DNA from: Magnetococcales bacterium
GTDB taxonomy: Bacteria > Pseudomonadota > Magnetococcia > Magnetococcales > JADFWU01
DNA: 64,000 bases
Direction: 5' to 3'
Assembly (NCBI GenBank): GCA_015234045.1
Contig: JADFWU010000016.1
Span: 239 to 64,238 of the forward strand
In this document: positions 9,462 through 17,733 of the stretch, piece after piece
Layout of the letters: each line of letters begins with the position of its first letter
How positions within the stretch are numbered: the first letter of the stretch is position 1
Made by a program: the position numbers and the translations under genes
The notes under the pieces: model-generated
What the model was told of the DNA's origin: nothing
What the model saw: only the letters and a program-made list of their open reading frames with translations
The model's database searches: none

Positions 9462-10841
9462 ATGCGTTACATCAGCACCCGTGGTGGCGTGGAACCCATC
9501 ACTTTCTCTCAAGCCGTCATGATGGGATTGGCCACCGATGGTGGTCTGCTTCTGCCTGAAAAGATCCCCACCGTTGATCCAAAAGACCTGACTGCGTGGG
9601 CTAAACTGCCTTTCCAAGAACTGGCTCTTGAGGTGATGCGTCCCTTTGTTGAGCCAGATATTCCCGCTGAGGATCTCAAGGGATTGATTGATCGCTCCTA
9701 CGCCGCATTTGATCACCCAAAAGTAACGCCGGTGATCACACCCGGCAATGTGCAGATCATGGAGCTTTTTCACGGCCCAACGCTGGCATTCAAAGATGTC
9801 GCCCTGCAACTGTTGGGCAATCTGTTTGAGTACCTGCTTGAACGCGATGGCGGACAGCTGAATATCCTGGGAGCAACTTCCGGCGACACCGGCTCATCGG
9901 CCATCTACGGTGTACGCGGCAAAGCCCATATCAATATTTTTATCCTTCATCCACACAAACGGGTCTCGCCGATCCAAGAACGGCAGATGACTTCGGTACT
10001 GGATGACAATGTCCACAATATCGCCATCAAAGGCACTTTTGATGATGGTCAATCCATTGTTAAAGGATTGTTCAATGATCTGGATTTCAAAAACAAATAC
10101 AGCCTTGGTGCGGTAAACTCCATCAACTGGGCTCGGATTCTGGCCCAAGTAGTCTATTACTTCTACGCCTGGGGACAGGTCAGCAAAGGCGATTCCAAGG
10201 TAAAAATTCCCTTTTCAGTGCCTACGGGTAACTTTGGTGACATCTTTGCCGGTTATGTAGCCTATCGCATGGGCTTACCTATTTCGCGGCTGATTTTGGC
10301 TACTAATCGCAATGACATTTTGTCACGGTTTGCCAAAACCGGGACCTATGAAGCCGGTACGGTGCGTCCCACCATGAGTCCGTCCATGGATATTCAGGTT
10401 GCGTCCAATTTTGAACGCTATCTCTATTATCTATTGGATGAGGATAGCGCTCTGCTCAGTGAAAAAATGCAGGGATTCGCTGAAACCGGCACCCTGGAAG
10501 TGTCAGCTGAAAAGAAAGCCGAGGTAGACCAACTCATCACCGGTTGCGCGGTCAGCGAAGAAGAGACGCTAGAACAAATTCGCACCACCTTCACCGAAAC
10601 CGGCTATGTGCTGGATCCGCACACTGCGGTCGGTGTCCGCGCAGCACGCGATGAACCAACTGCTGTCTGTCTGGCCACAGCCCATCCCGCCAAATTCAGT
10701 GAAGCGGTCAAAAAAGCAACAGGAAAAGAGCCGGAACTGCCCGCTGCATTGGCAGATCTCATGGATCGTCCCACACGGGTAGCTCTTCTGGATGCACAAC
10801 AAGAAACAATCAAAGCCCATATGATCTCAACGCTGGACTAG
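9462..10841 (+). CDS. thrC: Threonine synthase
   Basis: MRYISTRG, GLATDGGL, ELFHGPTLAFKD, ATSGDTGS, NSINWARILAQ, VPTGNFGD, ATAHPAKF. Confidence 0.97.
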   Translation: MRYISTRGGVEPITFSQAVMMGLATDGGLLLPEKIPTVDPKDLTAWAKLPFQELALEVMRPFVEPDIPAEDLKGLIDRSYAAFDHPKVTPVITPGNVQIMELFHGPTLAFKDVALQLLGNLFEYLLERDGGQLNILGATSGDTGSSAIYGVRGKAHINIFILHPHKRVSPIQERQMTSVLDDNVHNIAIKGTFDDGQSIVKGLFNDLDFKNKYSLGAVNSINWARILAQVVYYFYAWGQVSKGDSKVKIPFSVPTGNFGDIFAGYVAYRMGLPISRLILATNRNDILSRFAKTGTYEAGTVRPTMSPSMDIQVASNFERYLYYLLDEDSALLSEKMQGFAETGTLEVSAEKKAEVDQLITGCAVSEEETLEQIRTTFTETGYVLDPHTAVGVRAARDEPTAVCLATAHPAKFSEAVKKATGKEPELPAALADLMDRPTRVALLDAQQETIKAHMISTLD

Positions 10842-10886
10842 GGCGTGTTGACATTCAACAGGGCCTAAGCCTCAAGAGGAACCAAC

Positions 10887-11882
10887 ATGAGCACCACACC
10901 TGCCACCGCAGCACAACAAAAAAACCAGCCAGGATTTTTGCGTGGAGTGGTGGTAGGTGCGGTGTGTGCTCTGCTTCTCTCCGGCATAGCAATGGCCAGC
11001 GGTTTTTTGGACCTTGATAACACGCCTTCCAAACAAAAGCCTGTTATTGCTGAAACAGAACCCGTATTCCAACTATCCAGCACAGTACAAAACATTGCCC
11101 AAACTTCCGAAGTACTGCTCCAAGCTTGGCAGGATGGCGGACAACTCCATGAAGCACGCCGCAAAGGCAGTGGCCTGTTGAGTCTAACGGGGCTTCCTGC
11201 CGGTGCATACACCCTGATGGTGCGTTTTGACCAGCAACCCGCCATGATCTATGCCGGTCAAAATCAATGGACCCGTACTTTGGATATTGCCTCCAAACTC
11301 TCACTTGAGGGCGACACGGATGACCTGCTTCTGACACCCACTCAAGACGATACTGTTAACACGCTGATTTCCGGATTATTAACCCATCAAGGCCACCCCA
11401 TCAGCGGACAGGTTGTCACCGTGCGTGATGGCAACGGTGCTGCCGTGGGCGTTACACTCTCCAAAGAGGATGGTAGCTTCTCCGTTGAAGGACTCCAACC
11501 CGGTACCTACACCCTTCAGGCAGACGGCGAAAACATCACCGGTTCCAAACCGGTAGCGCTCTCCGAGTCAACACAAACATCCCTACTGTTACCCATGGAG
11601 CCGAAAACCAAAAACGTTAAAGGACGGCTGGTTGGCTATGGTGCCGGCACACTTGTACGCATCATGGACAGTAACGGGACTTTGCTTGCCGCCACGATCA
11701 CCGGTGATAATGGCGAATATGATGTCCAAGGTATCCCGGCAAACACAACACCCGAGATCATGACCGTCCCGAACACCCCTACCACATCTTCGCCCTCTAC
11801 ATCCTCACCTCACACAAACGCGCCAACCCGAGAACAGTGGAAACAGAAACAGACCCGCACTCTCAGTGATCTCGGACCATAA
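10887..11882 (+). CDS. Exported protein with carboxypeptidase-regulatory-like (prealbumin-fold) repeats
   Basis: N-terminal hydrophobic segment; repeats such as DGSFSVEGLQPGTYTL, GLPAGAYTL, GEYDVQGIP. Confidence 0.7.
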   Translation: MSTTPATAAQQKNQPGFLRGVVVGAVCALLLSGIAMASGFLDLDNTPSKQKPVIAETEPVFQLSSTVQNIAQTSEVLLQAWQDGGQLHEARRKGSGLLSLTGLPAGAYTLMVRFDQQPAMIYAGQNQWTRTLDIASKLSLEGDTDDLLLTPTQDDTVNTLISGLLTHQGHPISGQVVTVRDGNGAAVGVTLSKEDGSFSVEGLQPGTYTLQADGENITGSKPVALSESTQTSLLLPMEPKTKNVKGRLVGYGAGTLVRIMDSNGTLLAATITGDNGEYDVQGIPANTTPEIMTVPNTPTTSSPSTSSPHTNAPTREQWKQKQTRTLSDLGP

Positions 11883-12170
11883 GAGAAAACGATGCACACA
11901 CTCCAAAACACTCTACACGCCTCTTATCCAGCCTACGATTGCCACACGTGTCTTACATGATCTGTATAGCGCCAGGCGTTCCGCAGATATCGCCATAAGA
12001 AACCATTTGTAACTGAAGCAAATGCGCTTTTTGTTAGCAATAATCGTCTAAGAACTGTATACATGGTAGTTACTTGTTTCAAAATTGTAACAATGACACC
12101 TCTGGGGTTCGAAGGTGTCATTATGTGTGCGTGCCGTCAGGTACGGTTATCGTGGTATAGGAGTTGACAC

Positions 12171-13077
12171 ATGTTTGGCAAAAAAACGCTATCTCAAGCA
12201 GCCCGACGACCTGGGGGAGGGTCTACCCTGTCCATGGTGGCAGCGACATTGTTGATGGGCTTCACCAGCATTGCCCATGCGGAATCCGTTGACATCATGA
12301 TTGATGGTGCAGGAGTCGGTATGGTCACCAGTGACCCAACGGGCATTGAATGCTCTAACGACACCGAAGGCACAGGCACGATCTGTTCCCTTGATGTCGA
12401 TTTGAACGGTGATATTGAACTGTTTGCCGATCCTGCTGACGGCTCCGTTTTTGATGGATGGAGTATTGCAGGCTGTACGACTGACGCATGCTCAATCCAT
12501 GTTGATGGTCCAATCAGCGTCACCGCTCGGTTTGAACCTGATATGGGTGCCCCCCCCCCCTTCGGAAGAGGAACTGAAAGCAGAAGCTGAACGCCGTGTT
12601 CCACCCGTACTGAATGCCCTTGAACTACCCGGACAACTGGTCGCAGGCGAAAGCTATACTCTCAGATGGTCCCTACTTGGCTACCATGACAGCTATATGT
12701 CCGCCGCTGTAACGTTTAATTGTGAAGAAGCCCCGGCAGGTGAGTGCGGTAAATATTATCGTGATCACCATGAAAGCTCTGGCAAAATCGATCCCATGCC
12801 TGACCCTGACACCGATGAAGTCGGCACAGAGACAGATTGGGACTACTCAGGCATAAAAGCACGGGAATTTCTCTACGAATTCAATTTTGTTGCGCCCGAT
12901 GTAGACGCTCCCACTGAGATGGTCATCCGTTTCTATCGCATCAGCGATATTGATGAAGGCGCAGGCAATACGGCAATCTCCCTGTTGGTGCCCGGCGGAC
13001 TGCCGAATGTTGGCTATTACGACACTGCCGGACGGCGGATCAGCGTCGAAGTGGTGCCCAACAATACGGACCAATAA
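12171..13077 (+). pseudogene. Secreted protein gene (InlB B-repeat-like domain plus unrecognised domain) split by a frameshift in a C11 tract
   Basis: ORF 12171-12590 has a signal peptide and G.V.S.P.GI.C...C...A.P..GSVF.GWS..C. ORF 12409-13077 continues in the +1 frame after C11 (12550-12560). Removing one C joins them into a 301-aa protein colinear with part of the neighbouring 872-aa protein. Confidence 0.8.
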
Positions 13078-13125
13078 GTCACTCCCGATCACTGTATCGA
13101 AAGATACGATCGACTGGAAATACAA

Positions 13126-13149
13126 AAGGGTAACCGTTAGTTACCCCTT
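13126..13149. other. Intergenic hairpin
   Basis: AAGGGTAAC-CGTTA-GTTACCCCTT imperfect inverted repeat between the two paralogous genes. Confidence 0.45.
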
Positions 13150-13166
13150 ATGATGGAGCTTCAACC

Positions 13167-15785
13167 ATGTTCAATATAAAACGGAAAGCGATTACGCTCT
13201 CCCCTTTGAGCCGAACTGGTCGGGTGTTTGGGATGTTTATGGCCCCGGTCATGATGACAGGGCTTCTGCTTCCCCAAACCTCACTGGCCGCTCCCGGCGA
13301 TCCTACAATAATTACAGCACAGATTCGTGGTGCTGCTGACACAGCACCACCTATGAATGATGTACGCATCATTCTGGAAGGCGATGATGGTGCCTTGGCT
13401 ACATATGAGTCAGGTACGGATCCGTCAGGCGTAATCAACTACGATGAAACCGATGGTTCCATTACCATTGAAGGCAGTGTTCTTGATCAGTGGGATGATG
13501 AATCTGACTGGGTGGTTCTCGTGGAACTGGGCGACAAAGAGTCCACAACCGATCCTCTGCACTCCACGGTCCTTTTTATTGATTCCGTCACACCGGAAGA
13601 GACAAACGACCTAACCGGCCCCGATGGCCCAGCCATGATGGCGGACCAACATCACCTGATGATTGATGTAGAGGGTCCAGGATTCGTTGTCAGTGATGGC
13701 CCTATTGACTGTATGGATAGCGACTCCGATCCTGGCGTTTGTGAAGCTGATTTTCCAGCCGGTGAGATGGTCCATTTGACCGCCACCCCGGACACTGACA
13801 TGTTCTTTGTTGGTTGGGAAGGTGTCTGTGCTGGTGAAGAGGAACAGTGTGAAATTGAGCTGCTCGTGCCGCTGGGTGTAAAAGCCATTTTTAGTGATGT
13901 TGAACCAAACACCGGCACAGGTACAACGGACACACGGCATCTGTCTGTCGATATCGATGGCATGGGTTCTGGCGTAGTCGAAAACCATCCAAATGCCGAC
14001 ATCATCAACTGCGGCACCAATTGTGACGCTGATATCCCGGTTGATGATGACATCGTTCTCACAGCCATGCCTGATGCGGGTTCGGTCTTTGGTGGTTGGA
14101 GTGATGCAGTTTGCGACATGGATCTCTCCTGTACCATACCCATGAACATGGATCAAAACGTCACGGCCTACTTCGATGTTGATGATGGTGGCGGTAACGG
14201 CGGTGGCGATGATCCACTGCTCAATGAAACAATCCGTGAACAAGCTGCCCGGCGCATGCCACCAATTCTGTTCGAATTGGGCATGGCACCCATGCTACCA
14301 GCAGGTCAGAACGCCTATTTCGAATGGGATATCCTCGGCTATCATGAGGGATATCGCTCTGTTGTCGCGGTCTTCGACTGCACAGGCATCACCGATGACA
14401 GCTGCGGGGCTGACTTCAACACCAATATCGCAACATCCGATAAGCTTGAGCCAAATGAAGTTAATCCAGGCCCATGGGCCTTTGAAGGCGAACAGGCTGA
14501 ACTGTTCAACTTCTCTGCGATGCTGCCCATGCCTGCTGTAACAGAAAATACTGAAGCCGTTGTTCGTTTTTATTGGGTATCAAAAATGGACCACATGGAC
14601 GACTTGCACACAGTCTCCCTTCTGCTTCCTGGCGGGCTGCCTGACGTGGGCTACTACGACACTTCCGGTCGTCGTTTGATGACCATGATGGGACCATCTG
14701 ACACGGCTGGCAATGGCATGATCGGCATGACCGGTGAATATACCGGTACCTTCATGCTTGCGGATGGCATCGAAGGCGAATGGTCTATTGAGGTAGATGA
14801 CGATGGTAACGTCATGGGCACCTTTACTGCCATGGAGAACGGTACCGTTATCGACTCCGGTGATATCATGGGCCCACCAGACCCTGACAATGGCGATATG
14901 CCCGAACCTCTCATGATTGATCAGGATGGCCATTTCAAATTCCAAATTGGTGATGAAGATGACGGCACCCTGGAGATCATCACCCTGAAAATGGATGCCG
15001 ACACCCGGGAAATCATTTGCGCTGATGATGGTTGCCCTTTGAACACCACCTTTGATGGCGGTCCCAAGCCGGATGATCAAACCGGTGGTGAACCAAACCA
15101 ATACGAAGGCACCTTTACTGCCACGACATTGGATATTGAGGGATCTTGGCATGTTGATGTTGATGCTGATGGCAACGTCACAGGCGCTTACGCGGTCTCC
15201 GAAAACGGCTCACTGTTAGACCCAAAAACACTCCTCGGACCTCCTGACGGCTCAGGTGACAATCAGCCCATCGCGATTGATGTTAACGGCCAATTCGTTA
15301 TTGAGGTAACTATTGGACCCGTTACTCAAGAGGTAACGCTCCAAGTCTCTTCAGACGGTACAGTCAGCTGTGCTACTGATGGCTGCCCTGCGGGTATTGA
15401 ATTCACCGGCATGCCAAAAATAGATGATGGCAGCGATCACTTTGCAGGCACTTTCTCCATACCCAATGATGACGGCAATGTGGATTCAGGTGTTTGGGAA
15501 ATGGACATTGATGGCGACGGCAATATTGTCGGCAACTACGAAGTCCATGATGCCGATGGCACCGTTATCGATTCTGGTTCAATGGAAGGCCCTGAAGGCA
15601 GCGATGGTAACCCGATACCACTCAAACTCGACGCAAACATGCGATTCATGATTGAGGGTAGCGACACTATTGGCGATATCATCATAGAAGTGACTGAACA
15701 AGGTGATGTATTCTGCCCAACAGATTCCTGCCCAGCAGGTGTCGTTTTCGAAGGCGGCATCCCTTCAAATATGGCTGGCATGTAA
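13167..15785 (+). CDS. Secreted, very acidic multidomain protein: two InlB B-repeat-like domains, one unrecognised domain, three ~110-aa C-terminal repeats
   Basis: Signal peptide ending TSLA; LTATPDTDMFFVGWEGVC and LTAMPDAGSVFGGWSDAVC; three repeats each ending CxxDxCP; strong Asp/Glu/Gly bias. Confidence 0.85.
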   Translation: MFNIKRKAITLSPLSRTGRVFGMFMAPVMMTGLLLPQTSLAAPGDPTIITAQIRGAADTAPPMNDVRIILEGDDGALATYESGTDPSGVINYDETDGSITIEGSVLDQWDDESDWVVLVELGDKESTTDPLHSTVLFIDSVTPEETNDLTGPDGPAMMADQHHLMIDVEGPGFVVSDGPIDCMDSDSDPGVCEADFPAGEMVHLTATPDTDMFFVGWEGVCAGEEEQCEIELLVPLGVKAIFSDVEPNTGTGTTDTRHLSVDIDGMGSGVVENHPNADIINCGTNCDADIPVDDDIVLTAMPDAGSVFGGWSDAVCDMDLSCTIPMNMDQNVTAYFDVDDGGGNGGGDDPLLNETIREQAARRMPPILFELGMAPMLPAGQNAYFEWDILGYHEGYRSVVAVFDCTGITDDSCGADFNTNIATSDKLEPNEVNPGPWAFEGEQAELFNFSAMLPMPAVTENTEAVVRFYWVSKMDHMDDLHTVSLLLPGGLPDVGYYDTSGRRLMTMMGPSDTAGNGMIGMTGEYTGTFMLADGIEGEWSIEVDDDGNVMGTFTAMENGTVIDSGDIMGPPDPDNGDMPEPLMIDQDGHFKFQIGDEDDGTLEIITLKMDADTREIICADDGCPLNTTFDGGPKPDDQTGGEPNQYEGTFTATTLDIEGSWHVDVDADGNVTGAYAVSENGSLLDPKTLLGPPDGSGDNQPIAIDVNGQFVIEVTIGPVTQEVTLQVSSDGTVSCATDGCPAGIEFTGMPKIDDGSDHFAGTFSIPNDDGNVDSGVWEMDIDGDGNIVGNYEVHDADGTVIDSGSMEGPEGSDGNPIPLKLDANMRFMIEGSDTIGDIIIEVTEQGDVFCPTDSCPAGVVFEGGIPSNMAGM

Positions 15786-15839
15786 TACGGTCTGTATTTT
15801 CAGCCAGCAAATGATCAGTGAAAATTGATCAATAAAAGT

Positions 15840-15868
15840 GAGGGGGCTTAATTGCCCCCTCTTTTTTT
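15840..15868 (+). terminator. Rho-independent terminator
   Basis: GAGGGGGC-TTAATT-GCCCCCTC followed by T7. Confidence 0.85.
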
Positions 15869-15890
15869 GGCTCAACAAGGATGACAATAG

Positions 15891-16343
15891 ATGGATGAAA
15901 AGGGCTTTAATGCGCTTTTGTCAGGTCGATTTGATGGCATGGTCCGGCTTCAGGATGTGGACCAACTCAAAGAAAAGATCACCGCGACAAATGGCTGGTA
16001 TGTGGTCGATCCCGGTGATTCCACGTCCAACAACACCCCTGTTGACGGTATTGAAGCACGTCAACAATTGGATACCATGGTAGAAGAGATCCTCACCGAG
16101 GAACGCGGCATCTGGACAACCATGATCTACGCAAACACCATTGAAGATCCCCTGTTGATCAAGGTATTCCATCCCCGCCGGGCGGGTTGTGGTTGTGGAC
16201 CGAGCATGGGCATCGTGCCTTGGCGGGTTTTTTCCCGCGTGGAGCCTGAATTGGTGCCTGAATGGCAACCCAAAGAGAGCTGTCGTTTGCCCGACAACAG
16301 CGATAAAACAGGAGAACAACCCTGGTGGAAGAAAATGTTTTAG
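15891..16343 (+). CDS. Hypothetical protein with GCGCG motif
   Basis: AAGGA RBS; first gene of a co-oriented run; IYA....P.LIKVFHP...GCGCG; C-terminal PWWKKMF. Confidence 0.7.
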   Translation: MDEKGFNALLSGRFDGMVRLQDVDQLKEKITATNGWYVVDPGDSTSNNTPVDGIEARQQLDTMVEEILTEERGIWTTMIYANTIEDPLLIKVFHPRRAGCGCGPSMGIVPWRVFSRVEPELVPEWQPKESCRLPDNSDKTGEQPWWKKMF

Positions 16344-16744
16344 CACAAAGGCCCGTAATTTTGGTGGTGGCGGCACTGATTCGCAACAGTGAAAGACAGG
16401 TCCTACTCACCCAACGCGCCCGACATTCCCATTTGGAAATGCACTGGGAGTTTCCCGGCGGCAAGGTTGAACCTGGAGAGACACCGGAACAAGCACTGAT
16501 TCGGGAAATAAAAGAAGAGGTTGGCTTAACGATTGACGACCTTAATCCATGGCGTTTCGTCTCGTATGGTTACACCAGTTTTCACCTCTTGATGCCAGTA
16601 TTCGAAGTAGGCAAATTCTCAGGCACACCACACCCTTGTGATCCAAAAGTACGTGATGCTGGTTGGTTTTCCCTGCAAAAAATGGCACAAATGGACTTCC
16701 CACCCGCAGACAGGCCGTTGTTGAGTGCCTTAGGCCTGCGTTAA
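16325..16744 (+). CDS. mutT: MutT-like NUDIX pyrophosphohydrolase
   Basis: WEFPGGKVEPGETPEQALIREIKEEVG Nudix box; HLLMP; FPPAD. Confidence 0.85.
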   Translation: MEENVLAQRPVILVVAALIRNSERQVLLTQRARHSHLEMHWEFPGGKVEPGETPEQALIREIKEEVGLTIDDLNPWRFVSYGYTSFHLLMPVFEVGKFSGTPHPCDPKVRDAGWFSLQKMAQMDFPPADRPLLSALGLR

Positions 16745-16811
16745 ACTGTCGGCGTAATCATACCGTAACCCACTCTCAGGCTCTGCCCTGGGCCTGCGAT
16801 ACCAAGGTGCC

Positions 16812-17081
16812 ATGAAGGCCTATTTACAACGTGTAAACCCGGAAAACCAGTCAGTCTGGTTCTACTCCATCCAGATTCAACAGGATCTTTTGGGTCATTG
16901 GCAGGTGGTACGCAACTGGGGAAGCTTTGGCGCTGGCGGCACCATGAAACAAACACCGTTTGATACCATGGACAAGGCCCTGACGTTTATGGAACGCCTT
17001 CGCAATGAACTGGTGCGTAAAGGGTATAAGGTCGTGATGCAAGAAGGCTTTTCTGCTCACCGAGCCAACCCATCATCTTGA
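16812..17081 (+). CDS. WGR domain protein
   Basis: L.RVNPE.Q..FY.I.IQQDLLG.W.VVR.WG..G..G......F...A.......KGY. Confidence 0.8.
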   Translation: MKAYLQRVNPENQSVWFYSIQIQQDLLGHWQVVRNWGSFGAGGTMKQTPFDTMDKALTFMERLRNELVRKGYKVVMQEGFSAHRANPSS

Positions 17082-17103
17082 TTGTTACCGAGGATTTCAG
17101 ATC

Positions 17104-17733
17104 ATGTCCATCATCCATCAATCCATGGAAACCGGCCCACTACAGGTGAATTGCCAAATTATCGGCAACACCGAAACCGGACAAGCGGTGTTGATTGATC
17201 CAGGTGGTCACGCTGATCAGATTCTGGCGACACTGGAACGTCTCTCCCTCAAACTGACCGATATTGTCAACACCCACGGCCACTTTGATCACCTCGGTGC
17301 CGTTGCGGCCCTACAGGAGAAAACCGGCTGCACCTTCTGGATTCATCCTGAAGATCAATTCCTGGTACAGAACGCTCCTCAACATGCGGCAACCTGGGGT
17401 ATTTCATTCGACAAAGTACCCAGCATGGATAAAGATCTCAGCCATGGTCAAACCCTGGAATTAGCGGGCATCACCCTGACCGTCATTCACACACCCGGCC
17501 ACACACCCGGCGGTGTCTGTCTGCGTTGGAACGACAATCTCGCGGTAGGCGATACGCTGTTTGCTGGCTCCATCGGCCGCACCGATCTCCCCGGCGGTAA
17601 TCATTCACAACTTCTGAGCAGCATCCGCGACCGACTTCTCACCCTTCCCCATACCATCAACTGCTTCCCTGGTCATGGCCCAGCCACTACCATTGGACAG
17701 GAACGCAATTTTAATCCGTTTTTGACTTCTTAA
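17104..17733 (+). CDS. MBL-fold metallo-hydrolase (glyoxalase II/YcbL-like)
   Basis: THGHFDHLG, HTPGHTPG, GDTLFAGSIGRTDLPGG, PGHG. Confidence 0.92.
   Translation: MSIIHQSMETGPLQVNCQIIGNTETGQAVLIDPGGHADQILATLERLSLKLTDIVNTHGHFDHLGAVAALQEKTGCTFWIHPEDQFLVQNAPQHAATWGISFDKVPSMDKDLSHGQTLELAGITLTVIHTPGHTPGGVCLRWNDNLAVGDTLFAGSIGRTDLPGGNHSQLLSSIRDRLLTLPHTINCFPGHGPATTIGQERNFNPFLTS

Noticed and set aside
13611-15781. Several long minus-strand ORFs over the 872-aa gene
   Set aside because: Antisense shadows caused by biased codon usage.
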